From positions 192,001-256,000 of the forward strand of contig OY970355.1 of the NCBI GenBank assembly GCA_963718525.1: a stretch of 64,000 nucleotides of DNA. The letters are read 5' to 3'. Within the stretch, counting starts at the first letter, position 1, and every line of letters begins with the position of its first letter. Under the pieces are notes generated by a model. That model was not told the DNA's origin and did not search any database. It saw only the letters and a program-made list of their open reading frames with translations. The position numbers and the translations under genes were made by a program. Source of the DNA: Candidatus Dormiibacterota bacterium (GTDB lineage Bacteria > Chloroflexota > Dormibacteria > Aeolococcales > Aeolococcaceae). This document shows positions 1-9,344 of the stretch, in pieces.

Positions 1-363
1 CCACTCCTCGCACAGGACGGCGGTGACCCTCCCCGATTCCGCTGCTGGGCGCACGATGGTGTCGATGAGCTCGTCGGGGAGCGTCGCGGTGAGGTCGCGA
101 ATCTTCGCCAGCTCTCCCTCGTAGACACCGGCGCGGTAGCGATCGCTGAGCTGCTGAGACCAGCGCACGAGCTGCACTCCCTGGTCGAGCTCGACCGCGG
201 GCTTGTCCGGGTCGCCGACGAAGACGAGCGTGGTGCGATACCCGAGGGCTGCGAAGGCTCGGCAGAGCTCGCGAGCGCGGACACCGAGACCACCGGCCTG
301 GCTGTACTGATCGGGTCCTTCGAAGGACACCATCACGACGTCGAGCGTGTCAGGGGTGAACAT
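1..363 (-). CDS. Glycosyltransferase family 4-like protein, N-terminal part (runs off window start)
   Basis: Manual translation from ATG at 363: MFTPDTLDVVMVSFEGPDQYSQAGGLGVRARELCRAFAALGYRTTLVFVGDP...VLCEEW. The 'GGLG...L..A.A..G..T' pattern is typical of a GT-B N-terminus. Confidence 0.7.
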   Translation of the reverse strand, partial: MFTPDTLDVVMVSFEGPDQYSQAGGLGVRARELCRAFAALGYRTTLVFVGDPDKPAVELDQGVQLVRWSQQLSDRYRAGVYEGELAKIRDLTATLPDELIDTIVRPAAESGRVTAVLCEEW

Positions 364-418
364 CGCCGCACAGTGTGCGAAACCGGCCCACAGGGGTGCC
401 GGCATCAACTCGCACCCG

Positions 419-571
419 GTCCCTCATCGGAGCGTTGGTTGCGACCACGGATGGGGGCCGAAGCCCCCGATCCTGGTCACGAAAGAGGCGAAGGACCGGC
501 TGGCGGGCGCCGGTTTCTCCGCCCAACGAAAGTGTCGCAAAGGGCCCGAACGTAGCCTCCGATGGTGGGAC
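419..571 (-). ncRNA. Candidate structured RNA or leader, family unassigned
   Basis: Long closing stem gtccc-tcatcggag / ctccgatgg-t-gggac, inner hairpins, and a C(UUCG)G tetraloop hairpin on the minus strand (453-468), in a ~235 bp intergenic gap. Confidence 0.5.
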
Positions 572-599
572 ACAGATCCGTAACGGGAGGGCCACGTTG

Positions 600-1430
600 T
601 CACAGACCAAGCAGCCGGGCGGCGTTGCCGCCCAGCACGAGCTCGCGCTCCGCCGCCGTGAGCTCCGCCTCCGCGAACGCGTCAATGTAACGCCGTGCGG
701 GCAGCAGCGGGTGATCCGACCCGAAGAGCAGACGGTCCGCACCGCACAGGTCGGCGACAGCACGGTACGCGGTGGGCGCGTACAGGAACGGCCCCGCGGC
801 GGTGTCGAACCAGAGCCGGCGGCACAGCTCTGCAACCTCGGGCATGTGTGCGTAGAAGGGCAGGCCGCCGCCGAGGTGCGCGCACACCAGGCGCAGCTCC
901 GGATGCCGCAGGGCCAACGACGCAACCCGCCCCGGGGTCGCCGTGCCTTTGCCGGGATAGTCGTGCCCGACGGGCTCACTGCAGTGCAGAACCAGCGGAA
1001 TTCCCAGCTCCGTGCACGCCACCGCGACCTCGTCGATCGCAGGCAACTCGAGGTCGAATCCCTGGGCGTCGGCATTCAGCTCACCGGCACCGCGCAGGCC
1101 CGCTGCGGCGCAACGCTGCAGCTCGGCGACGGCCCCGGGTCGGGCTGCGCTCACGGTCGCAAAGCACGTGAGCCTGTCAGGGTGGTCGCGCTGGACGGCG
1201 ATGAGGTGGTCGTTGACCTCGGCGCAATGCTCCGGGTCGGCGAACGGCCAGCCGAAGCACACTGAGCGGTCAACGCCGGACGCATCCATGGTCGCGAGCA
1301 GCTCGCCGGCGGTGACGATCGATCGGGTACCGCGGTGGCAGAGGTCGAACCAGGGGTCGAGCGCCGCGAGTCGATTCCTCGCGTCGCGCATGTCCGCAGG
1401 CAGGATGTGCACGTGGCTGTCGATGATCAT
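600..1430 (-). CDS. Amidohydrolase family protein (Amidohydro_2-like)
   Basis: Starts MIIDSHVH (DxHxH metal motif); later LVLH, CAHLGGG, WFDTAA, LLFGSDHP, GGNAARLL. ATG overlaps the upstream stop (ATGA). Confidence 0.85.
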   Translation of the reverse strand: MIIDSHVHILPADMRDARNRLAALDPWFDLCHRGTRSIVTAGELLATMDASGVDRSVCFGWPFADPEHCAEVNDHLIAVQRDHPDRLTCFATVSAARPGAVAELQRCAAAGLRGAGELNADAQGFDLELPAIDEVAVACTELGIPLVLHCSEPVGHDYPGKGTATPGRVASLALRHPELRLVCAHLGGGLPFYAHMPEVAELCRRLWFDTAAGPFLYAPTAYRAVADLCGADRLLFGSDHPLLPARRYIDAFAEAELTAAERELVLGGNAARLLGL

Positions 1431-2539
1431 CCGAGCCAGCGCCCCTGGGCGAAGATCCAGGTGCCGGCGCACATGAGCACGGCACTCGCGCCGAGCATCG
1501 CCTGCCGGACGCGTGGAACGCGCTGGGTGAGATCGGACACGAGCAGCACCGCCGGGAATAGGGCGAGGACGTAGCGAGGCTGGGAGCGCCAGAACGGCAA
1601 CGAGGCAGTCATCAACCAGGCGATGGTGCAATACAGAGCGAGCGATCGGGGAATTCGCGACGACACCCACATGCCCACGCAGAGCAGCAGCCCGAGCAGG
1701 CCGAAGGCCACCTCGCGGGCAAAGATCGATCGCGTCTCCCCGTTGAAGGCGCTCAAGAGCGTGTGCCAGGTGGCTGCGAACCCTGTCCACGGCGGAGTCG
1801 GCGTCAAACCGAACGACGGGAGGCGGTCGGCGTGGAGCAGCGCCAGCCCATCGCCGATGTGGATCTGCATGTACAGGCCGTACAGCACGAGCGGCAGCGC
1901 CGGGAGCAGGACGGCGAGCATCTCTGCGCGGGGCCGCCATCCCGTTCTGCGCAGGAGCTCGAGAGCGAGTGCGGGGATCAATGCGAGCCCCGTGAGGCGG
2001 ATTGCGCAGGCCACCGCCGCCGCCACGATCGCCTTTCGGGATTCACCCGCACGCGCGTAATACAGGCTCGCGGCAGCCGATGCGATGAAGGTGCTCTCGG
2101 TGAAGGGCGCGATGAGAAAGAGCGCCGTTGGAGCGAGCGCGAGCAACCATGCAGAGAAGGTCGCCGCCGCCTGGTCGCGCTCCCCGAGCACGAGACGGCC
2201 GAGGTACCAGAGCGCGATCGTCTCAGCAACTGCATTGACCAGCCACGCTGCGGTGACGTCGTCGCGCACCACGACCATCAGCGCGCGCACCAGCATCGGG
2301 AAGCCGGGAAGGAACGCGTCGCGGTAGTCCAGATGCACCGGGTACCCGTGAGCGGCGATCGACATGTAGCTGATCGCGTCCCATGCCACCAGGTGATCGT
2401 GGATGCCGGTCAGCAACGGGGTTCCCGGGAAGTCGATCACCAGCACGGCGATGAAGACGCCGAGCCAGAGGAGCCGGGACACGGCGACTGCGGCTAGGGC
2501 CGTGGTCCACAGCGACGAGGCTGCCGGCCGCCGAGTCAC
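1427..2539 (-). CDS. GT-C-fold membrane mannosyltransferase (PIG-V-like)
   Basis: WDAISYMSIAAHGY, AFLPGFP, PFTESTF and RYVLALFP motifs; about 10 hydrophobic segments. Confidence 0.75.
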   Translation of the reverse strand: MTRRPAASSLWTTALAAVAVSRLLWLGVFIAVLVIDFPGTPLLTGIHDHLVAWDAISYMSIAAHGYPVHLDYRDAFLPGFPMLVRALMVVVRDDVTAAWLVNAVAETIALWYLGRLVLGERDQAAATFSAWLLALAPTALFLIAPFTESTFIASAAASLYYARAGESRKAIVAAAVACAIRLTGLALIPALALELLRRTGWRPRAEMLAVLLPALPLVLYGLYMQIHIGDGLALLHADRLPSFGLTPTPPWTGFAATWHTLLSAFNGETRSIFAREVAFGLLGLLLCVGMWVSSRIPRSLALYCTIAWLMTASLPFWRSQPRYVLALFPAVLLVSDLTQRVPRVRQAMLGASAVLMCAGTWIFAQGRWLG

Positions 2540-3270
2540 GTGGGCGGTTCGAGCCCGTCGAGCATCGCAGGGTCGTTGCGGAGCTCCCAGAGCTCGCGGA
2601 ATGCACGCAGCACAACGCGGATGTCGGCGCCGGTCGCGCGCCCGGTGGTGCGCGGATAGTGATGCACGCCGACATTCATCAACCTGTATCCGCTCCGACG
2701 CGCGCGGACCAGCAGCTCGGTGGACACCAGCGCTCCCTCCGCATGCAGCCCCTGCCCGACGGCGCGCGGAAACAGCTTGAAGGCGCAGTTGACGTCGCGC
2801 GCCGTCGGGCCGAATCCGATCCGAACAAGCCGGAAGAAAGCCTTGTGATAGAAGCGCCGGACCAAGGTGTCCTTGCGCCGGATGCGATACCCGCAGATGA
2901 CCCGGTCCGGCCCGTACAGCGCGAGAAGCCGGGAGATCTCGGTCGGATCGAACTGGCCATCGCTGTCCATGAGAAAGACCGCGTCACGCGTCGCCGCGTC
3001 GAACCCGGTGCGCAAAGCTGCGCCATAGCCGCGGTTGCGTGGATGCGACACAACGCGAACGCGCGTACCGGGGTTGCCAGCGCTCGACGCGCGGGCGGCC
3101 GTCGCATCGCTGCTGCCGTCGTCGACGACGATGATCTCGTGATCGGCGATCCCGAGTTCGGTGAGCGCCGCCGCGGTGCGCCTGACCGTCTCGGCGATCA
3201 CCGCCTCCTCGTTGTAGGCGGGAAGCACCGCGCTGATCGATGGATGCGAAACCGCCGTGCGCTCCGACAC
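2536..3270 (-). CDS. Glycosyltransferase family 2 (polyprenol-phosphate glycosyltransferase-like)
   Basis: SAVLPAYNEE, VVDDGSSD, NRGYGAA, MDSDGQF, DVNCAFKLF. GTG start follows a GGAAGGAG RBS. Confidence 0.85.
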   Translation of the reverse strand: MSERTAVSHPSISAVLPAYNEEAVIAETVRRTAAALTELGIADHEIIVVDDGSSDATAARASSAGNPGTRVRVVSHPRNRGYGAALRTGFDAATRDAVFLMDSDGQFDPTEISRLLALYGPDRVICGYRIRRKDTLVRRFYHKAFFRLVRIGFGPTARDVNCAFKLFPRAVGQGLHAEGALVSTELLVRARRSGYRLMNVGVHHYPRTTGRATGADIRVVLRAFRELWELRNDPAMLDGLEPPT

Positions 3271-3271
3271 G

Positions 3272-5479
3272 TCAGCTCCTTCCACGGACGTCGTAGATGG
3301 TGATGTGGTCGGTGCGCGCGACGACTGGGAGGCCCTGCTCGGCCCACCACGTGAGCCCGACGTGCGGATCGATCGCGCCGGGGTCGTTCAGCCGGTTGTC
3401 AATCTCGACGTAGCTGACGCCGTACTGGTGCAGCAGGCTGAACACCGGGCACGCGGCCTGGCCGGCGCAGCCCGTGTACATGGTCTGGACGTCGTTGTAG
3501 CGCGTCTCGAAGCTGATGCCGTAGCTCCACAGCCATCCGCCATACCCCATGACCCCGATGCGGCCGGCCGCCGCGAGCACGGGGTCGTTGGGACGGCCGA
3601 ACGTCAGGAACACACTGCCTTTCGGGGTCACGGCGTCGATTGTCGAGGCAAGTTGAAGCTCCTGCGTGTTCGCAATCGTGTACGGACCCGTGATCGAGTC
3701 CTGTGGGGGCGTCCACGGCAGCAGCCTGAGCACCACCAGGGTGCCGGTGAGGACCACCGGCGCCACAAGCACGATCGCCGCCACCCGTGGCCAGACGCGC
3801 CGCCACCAGTGCGCGGCGAGCGCGCCGATGAGCAGGGCGATGACCAGGTACCAGTACACGAGCATCTTGGTGTTGTCCCAATTCCAGGATTGAAAGACGA
3901 CGAGGTTGCACGCCGCGAAGATGATCAGGGCCCCGAGTGTGAGTTCGAGGAGCGGCACGGGAAACACGCGGGTCACCACACGTCCGACGTTCCCTCCGAG
4001 CAGGCGCACTGCGACCGCGAGCGTGAGGAAGGAGAGCAACGGGACCGCGATACCCAAATTGGCAAGCCAGAAGCCCCACCACTGTGCGGTCCCGACCATC
4101 CCGATCGCCCGGATCGCGCCGGTGAAGAGGTTGCCGATAGTGAACGTGAGCCGCCCGCTCGGATCGGCAGCGGTGCCGGCGTTGGCGAGCCATCCGGGCT
4201 CGAGCCACGGATACACGTTGCTCCCGTACGGCGTCACCGAAGCGCCGTGCTGCGTCAGCGCAAGCTGAGCGAGCCTGAAACCCCCGAGCACGACGGCGAC
4301 GCCGAGCAATGCGAACCACTCGCGCCGCCGTCTCCGCCACAGCAAGACGAACAGGAGAATCGCGAGCGCGATCAGCGTCTGCACGTGGACGGCCGGGAGC
4401 AGGCCGATCAGGACTCCGGCGAGCGCGAACGGCTCCCAGCCGGGGCCGTGCGATGACGCCCCCGCGAACACAAGCAGCAGCACCGAGATCGCCGCTGCGA
4501 ACCCGAAGAGCAACGTGCGCTGCGGCAGCCACCAGGCCATGAGCGGGGTGTACCACTGCATGTTGGTGAAGGGTGGCGTGCCGCCGTCGGAGGGCAGCCC
4601 GTCATAGGCGCGGGGCTGCGCAGCGATCGTCCCGGGAAGGTCGTGCAATGTCCACCCGACAATCGAGATCCCTGTCGCCGGGTGGCCGACAACGTACTGC
4701 AGTGTGCACTGCGTTGCGGTGAAACCGTGGCTGGTGCACGCATCCGAGAAGGCGCCGACGAATCCCAGACCGCCGCCGATGAAACAGATGAGCACGGCGA
4801 TCACACCCGCGCCCGTGCCGAGACCAAGGCGCCGCCCCAATGCCACCAACAGCACGCCGATCACCACCATCAGCACGGCGCCGGGGATGGCCAGCGCCAG
4901 CCCGGGCGCCAGACCGAGCGTGGTCAACGTGGCCGCATGGAAATCCGGCAGAAACGGATAGAGCAGTGCGGTGCCGCTGAAGAGCGGGTTGACCGGCGGG
5001 ATATTGCCGCCCTGCGTAAAGCTCGCGGCGGTGCTGAGGTGCTGCGACCAGTCCGCCCATACAGTGGGGTACCCCGCCTCGAGCCCACCCGCGTCCGAGT
5101 ACACGGTGTGAGCGAAGATCGCGATCACCACCGCGGTACCGCCCGCCAGCGCCAGGAGCGAAAACCACGGGATGCGCGCTGCCCAGCGATCGCGCGACTC
5201 CACCCATGACGCGTGCCATGTCGCACGCGGATTGACGGTCAGCAGCGACACCCCGAGCGCGATCACGAGTGCGAGCGCGGGGCCGGCCAGAACCGTGGCC
5301 GCGCTGAGTCCCGCGAGCAACGCCAATACGTACGTGACGCCGGTCCCGATCAGCAACCCGCAGGTCAGCCCGATCACGGCGCGTTCGACCAGCGTGAGAT
5401 GAGTCCTGACGAGTCCTGCAAGGGTGGCGCCGGCCGCGAGCGTCAATGCGGCGTCGAGGATGAGCAGAAAGGCGGTCAC
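3272..5479 (-). CDS. Large polytopic membrane protein, probable GT-C glycosyltransferase
   Basis: ~735 aa with many TM segments; ADWSQH, YPFLPDF, LPQR and WNWDNTK motifs; GTGA-coupled to the upstream gene in a glycosylation operon. Confidence 0.6.
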   Translation of the reverse strand: MTAFLLILDAALTLAAGATLAGLVRTHLTLVERAVIGLTCGLLIGTGVTYVLALLAGLSAATVLAGPALALVIALGVSLLTVNPRATWHASWVESRDRWAARIPWFSLLALAGGTAVVIAIFAHTVYSDAGGLEAGYPTVWADWSQHLSTAASFTQGGNIPPVNPLFSGTALLYPFLPDFHAATLTTLGLAPGLALAIPGAVLMVVIGVLLVALGRRLGLGTGAGVIAVLICFIGGGLGFVGAFSDACTSHGFTATQCTLQYVVGHPATGISIVGWTLHDLPGTIAAQPRAYDGLPSDGGTPPFTNMQWYTPLMAWWLPQRTLLFGFAAAISVLLLVFAGASSHGPGWEPFALAGVLIGLLPAVHVQTLIALAILLFVLLWRRRRREWFALLGVAVVLGGFRLAQLALTQHGASVTPYGSNVYPWLEPGWLANAGTAADPSGRLTFTIGNLFTGAIRAIGMVGTAQWWGFWLANLGIAVPLLSFLTLAVAVRLLGGNVGRVVTRVFPVPLLELTLGALIIFAACNLVVFQSWNWDNTKMLVYWYLVIALLIGALAAHWWRRVWPRVAAIVLVAPVVLTGTLVVLRLLPWTPPQDSITGPYTIANTQELQLASTIDAVTPKGSVFLTFGRPNDPVLAAAGRIGVMGYGGWLWSYGISFETRYNDVQTMYTGCAGQAACPVFSLLHQYGVSYVEIDNRLNDPGAIDPHVGLTWWAEQGLPVVARTDHITIYDVRGRS

Positions 5480-7422
5480 CCGACGTCGACCCACATCCTC
5501 GTCTGCTGGTCGGCCGAGGTCTGGGGCATGGCCGTCCAGATCGGATAGAAGAAGATGAAGGCCGCGAGCACGGTGCCGATCACGGCGTACGCGACCGGCG
5601 CCAGCGACACCTGCCTGCCACCGAACCGGATCTTCACGCCACGGATCGCAGTCAACGCATACGCAAGCGCGAGCGCCGTGAAGAGGAGCATGCCGAGCGC
5701 GTGATAGAAGAACAGCACGCGGCGCTCATTCCCCGGCACCCACATCATCCATGACGCGATGTACCCCAGCACGATGAAGGCCGGCACGAACCGGCGCGAG
5801 ATCACGGCGGAAACGGTGATCAGCCCGGCAAACACGACCATCCCGACGAAGGCGACGGCAAACCAGAACCCTGGAGTAGTCCGCGCAATCTCGTACTGGG
5901 ACGACGGCTGTTGATGGAACAGTGCAGTGAACTGCGCAGCCGTGTACGACGTGTTGAAGTTGTTGGGGTTGTGATACCGGACCGCGGCCTGGTACAGCAG
6001 GATCATCGCGATGAGGGAGGCGAGACCGAGCAGCGCGACAAACAATCGCCATAACGTCGGTCCGCGGGTCGCACGCCAGACGCAGAAGAGCAGCGCGAGG
6101 ATTCCGAGCCACCAGATCGCGGGATTGCCCATGTCGGTGATTTCCGCGACCGGTCCATTGTTGGGCTGCGACGTCGCGTAGAACAGGACCGGGTGCTCCA
6201 TGACCGGCCATGTCAGCCAGAGCGATGAGTACGGGTGGCTGTGGCATTCCTCGGCGTGATACCGCAGCGACGCTGCGGTGATCTGGACGATGTTGTCGAC
6301 GGCCTCGACCGGGTTCGGGACCGTCAGGGACCCTACGTGCATGACCGGGACGTTGAGCGTCTTCGGGGTCCCGGGCAGCCCGCTGACCGCGGGGTTGCAC
6401 CCGGTGAAGAAGTACACGTCCTGGTGCTGGATCGTCTCGTACCGCGAGAACGACGCGCCGAAGATGGCGAGCGCTATCAGCCCGGCGACGATGTAGTGCA
6501 GGATCGCTCGCGGCCCGGCGGCGTGCCGCCACATGATCGTCGCGGCCCGTCCCGGTCCGGCGATGCGGCGCAACCAGGGGATGAACCCCGCGAGATACGG
6601 GGCGATGCCCCGCATCGCGATCAGCCCGGCCGCCACGACAAGCGGAGCGAGAGCGGTGAGCTTCGCAGCAAAGGCGAGTCCCGCCACGCCCGCCATCACG
6701 TACAAGGTGGTGCGCCACTGGGCGCGGGTCCGCGCCTGCCAGTGCAGCAGGAAGACGTAATAGAACAGCGCGACGAAGCAGATCGCGATGATGTCGATCA
6801 CCCCGGTGCGCGATTCGACAAACGCCAGTCCGTCGAAGCACACGAAGAGCGCGGCGGCGACAGCGAAGAAACGGTCACGCCGCAGCCGGAGCGCGATCAG
6901 GTACATGAGCCCGACCAGCAGGCTCCCGAATAGCGTCGTGCTCAGCCGCCAGCTCCAACTGTTGAAGCCCAAGATGGCGATCGGCGGGGCCATGAGCAGC
7001 TTGGCCAGTGGCGGCTCGGGGTCGAAGTAGGACTCGGCGGGTTGACGCAGGTCCTTGGCGGCGTCGACCGGAAAGTAGATCTCGTCGAAGACGTAGCCGC
7101 AGACGCTCACATCCGTATGGCTGACCCTGACCCCGGCGACCACGCCCGGTGGCCCGACCGGCACCGGCGTGCACTCGGCGCTGGATCCGCCCGTGGTCGG
7201 GTAGCCGACGCCAAGGGCGCTGACGGTCCCCGCTCCACTCAGGAAATTCGGGAAGATCGGACTTGCGAACCGGAGCCCAAAGGCGACAAGCACGAGCGCG
7301 ATGACAGCGATGACGTCGAGGCGATCGAGGTCGAGGAACCCCCGCAGCCCTGCACGTACCAAGGGCGGACCGCCATCGGATTCGACGCTGCTACGCTGTG
7401 AGTTCAAAACTTCAGCTGACAT
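5476..7422 (-). CDS. Protein O-mannosyltransferase-like (PMT/GT39)
   Basis: YVFDEIYF, DPEPPLAK, SWR, SRTGVIDI, HPYSSLWLTWP, MGNPAIWW and LFFYHAL match the PMT family pattern. Start taken at MSAEVL. Confidence 0.8.
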   Translation of the reverse strand: MSAEVLNSQRSSVESDGGPPLVRAGLRGFLDLDRLDVIAVIALVLVAFGLRFASPIFPNFLSGAGTVSALGVGYPTTGGSSAECTPVPVGPPGVVAGVRVSHTDVSVCGYVFDEIYFPVDAAKDLRQPAESYFDPEPPLAKLLMAPPIAILGFNSWSWRLSTTLFGSLLVGLMYLIALRLRRDRFFAVAAALFVCFDGLAFVESRTGVIDIIAICFVALFYYVFLLHWQARTRAQWRTTLYVMAGVAGLAFAAKLTALAPLVVAAGLIAMRGIAPYLAGFIPWLRRIAGPGRAATIMWRHAAGPRAILHYIVAGLIALAIFGASFSRYETIQHQDVYFFTGCNPAVSGLPGTPKTLNVPVMHVGSLTVPNPVEAVDNIVQITAASLRYHAEECHSHPYSSLWLTWPVMEHPVLFYATSQPNNGPVAEITDMGNPAIWWLGILALLFCVWRATRGPTLWRLFVALLGLASLIAMILLYQAAVRYHNPNNFNTSYTAAQFTALFHQQPSSQYEIARTTPGFWFAVAFVGMVVFAGLITVSAVISRRFVPAFIVLGYIASWMMWVPGNERRVLFFYHALGMLLFTALALAYALTAIRGVKIRFGGRQVSLAPVAYAVIGTVLAAFIFFYPIWTAMPQTSADQQTRMWVDVG

Positions 7423-7451
7423 CTCTTCACAAGAATTGGGAGTTCCTTTAC

Positions 7452-7460
7452 TGCTATCCT
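7452..7460 (+). promoter_or_regulatory. Extended -10 promoter (TGcTATCCT) for a candidate sRNA
   Basis: TGnTAnnnT match about 7 nt before a structured segment that ends in a terminator. Confidence 0.4.
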
Positions 7461-7466
7461 GAGAAG

Positions 7467-7563
7467 CGAGGGTTACAGTCAAGGCCGCAGCCCGAAGGCT
7501 GCCCACGTGTGAAACTCATTCCCTTCCTGAAAGGCCGGAGGGTTCCCCCTCCGGTCTTTTTTT
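7467..7563 (+). ncRNA. Candidate ~97-nt standalone small RNA
   Basis: Lies between the extended -10 and a + strand terminator with no convincing ORF; stems gagggttaca/tgtgaaactc and gcagcc-cgaa-ggctgc. Confidence 0.45.
7533..7563 (+). terminator. Rho-independent terminator
   Basis: ggccggaggg-ttcc-ccctccggtc followed by 7 T. Confidence 0.8.
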
Positions 7564-7667
7564 GCCCGGCGACGGTCACAAGGCGCCCGATCGCCGATCG
7601 CGCGCTCGAAGGAGTTGGCTCACGCGAGGGATGCTGACATAGGCGTCAGCCCCACGGACGCGCGGCG

Positions 7668-8675
7668 TCAGGCGGCGGTTGTGATCCGCTGTGCGCCGGC
7701 GGGAGCGATCGCGAGCATGCGATCGATGGCCCCACGTGCCTGGGCCGCGATCGTCGCGTCGACCGTGACCCGGGGGGCCATGCGCTCGAGGGAGCGGGCC
7801 ACCTTCTCCAGCGTGATCTTCTTCATGTAGGGACAGACCGCAGCCTCTGAGGCCGCGAGGAATCGTTTGCCTGGCGATTGTTCGCGCATGCGATGGAGGA
7901 TGCCGACCTCGGTCGCGACGATGAAGGTGCTGGCCGAGGAGGCGGCGGCGCGCCGGACCATGCCCTCGGTCGAGGTCACCACCGTCGCCGGGCCGGCGAG
8001 GTCGCCGGAGGACATGCGATACATCGTCGACGAGGTGCACCCGCACTCGGGGTGGATGAGCAGCTCCGCATCCGGGTGCTCGCGACGCAAGGCATCGAGC
8101 CGCTCCGGGACGATGCCGGCATGCACGTGGCACTCGCCCATCCAGACGTGCAACCGGCGACCCGTGACCCGCTCCAGGTGAGCGCCGAGAAACATGTCCG
8201 GGCAGAAGAGGATCTCCCGGTCCAGCGGGATCGAGCGGATCACAGCCTCGGCATTTGACGAGGTGCAGCAGTAGTCGGAAAGGGCTTTGACCTCGGCGGT
8301 GGTGTTCACGTACGAGACGACGACCGCTCTCGGGTACTGGGCCTTCCAGGCGCGGAGCTGATCGGCGTCGATGGTTGCCGCGAGCGAGCATCCGGCCTCG
8401 AGATCGGGCAGGAGCACCGTCTTCGCCGGGGACAGGATCGCTGCTGTCTCGGCCATGAAGTGCACCCCGCAGAAGACGATCACCGCAGCGTCGGTTGCGG
8501 CGGCCTGCTGGGAGAGCCCGAGCGAATCGCCGACGAAGTCCGCGATGTCCTGGACCTCGGGGCGCTGGTAGTTGTGTGCCAGGATGACCGCGCTGCGCTC
8601 GCGTCGTAACCGCTCGATCCTATCGAGAAGCTCGGCCCGGCCCTCTGTCGCAACGTCCCGCTCTACAGTGATCAT
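7668..8675 (-). CDS. nadA: Quinolinate synthase NadA
   Basis: LAHNYQ, VGDSL, FCGVHFMAETA, AGCSLA, YVNT, GECHVH, HPEC and CPYMK (three Fe-S Cys). Confidence 0.96.
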   Translation of the reverse strand: MITVERDVATEGRAELLDRIERLRRERSAVILAHNYQRPEVQDIADFVGDSLGLSQQAAATDAAVIVFCGVHFMAETAAILSPAKTVLLPDLEAGCSLAATIDADQLRAWKAQYPRAVVVSYVNTTAEVKALSDYCCTSSNAEAVIRSIPLDREILFCPDMFLGAHLERVTGRRLHVWMGECHVHAGIVPERLDALRREHPDAELLIHPECGCTSSTMYRMSSGDLAGPATVVTSTEGMVRRAAASSASTFIVATEVGILHRMREQSPGKRFLAASEAAVCPYMKKITLEKVARSLERMAPRVTVDATIAAQARGAIDRMLAIAPAGAQRITTAA

Positions 8676-8711
8676 CCCGCCACCTGTCCCGTTTCCGGGG
8701 GGTCTGTGGAT

Positions 8712-8742
8712 TTAGGTCAGATTGACCTAAGCAAGTATAGCA
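8712..8742 (-). promoter_or_regulatory. NrtR-type operator next to the nadA promoter
   Basis: Palindrome TTAGGTCA-gat-TGACCTAA (8712-8730) with a GT-N7-AC core, immediately downstream of a minus-strand TGcTATACT extended -10 (8742-8734). Confidence 0.7.
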
Positions 8743-8801
8743 GGGTGGGGACGACTGCCAGCGACCGGTTCACAACGCCCTGCTTCGTCTACCGTGGTGC
8801 G

Positions 8802-9344
8802 GTGACGGTGATCGGGGTCGTGGTCCGGCCGAGAAGCACCTTCGCCGCACTGGCAGGCTCGCCGCGTCTCGTGCTCGGGGTCGCAGCGGTGGAGGGGAGC
8901 GGGATCGTCGCCCTCATTCTTGGGCTCGTCGCCAACCGGGTCGGAGGTGGCGGCGGCCCCGGAACGGTTGCGTCCTTGCTCCTGCCACTGCTGTTCCTGG
9001 TGTATTGGGGTGCCGCCGCGCTGATCATCGACGCAGCCGCGGGCCTCGCCGGAAGCGGAGGCCGGTGGCGTCAGTACCTCGCCGTGAGCGGGTTCACCTT
9101 CATCCCTTGGATCGCCTACGCCGTGCTCGCCGTGGTCGAAGCGGCCGCCGGCGCCGGCAGCGCCGCCGAGTCGGTGCTCGCCTGGCTGACGCTGCCGCTG
9201 CTCGCCTGGTTCCTTTACCTGACCGCCCTCGCCGTGTACACCGTGTTCGACGTCTCGCCGTTCGTCGCGGTGGCGCTGGCGATGCTGCCTGACGCAGTCC
9301 TGCTCTTCATCCTGATCGCCCTTCTTGTCGTGGTCAGCGTCTGA
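8802..9344 (+). CDS. Yip1-family membrane protein
   Basis: N-terminal 'VVRPRSTF' pattern plus about 5 TM helices. Start placed at the GTG 6 nt after TACCGT. Confidence 0.65.
   Translation: MTVIGVVVRPRSTFAALAGSPRLVLGVAAVEGSGIVALILGLVANRVGGGGGPGTVASLLLPLLFLVYWGAAALIIDAAAGLAGSGGRWRQYLAVSGFTFIPWIAYAVLAVVEAAAGAGSAAESVLAWLTLPLLAWFLYLTALAVYTVFDVSPFVAVALAMLPDAVLLFILIALLVVVSV

Noticed and set aside
419-571. Hammerhead ribozyme, SRP RNA or a known riboswitch class
   Set aside because: CGAAA occurs twice but there is no CUGAnGA core. I see no SRP domain IV motif and no TPP, SAM, cobalamin or c-di-GMP consensus.
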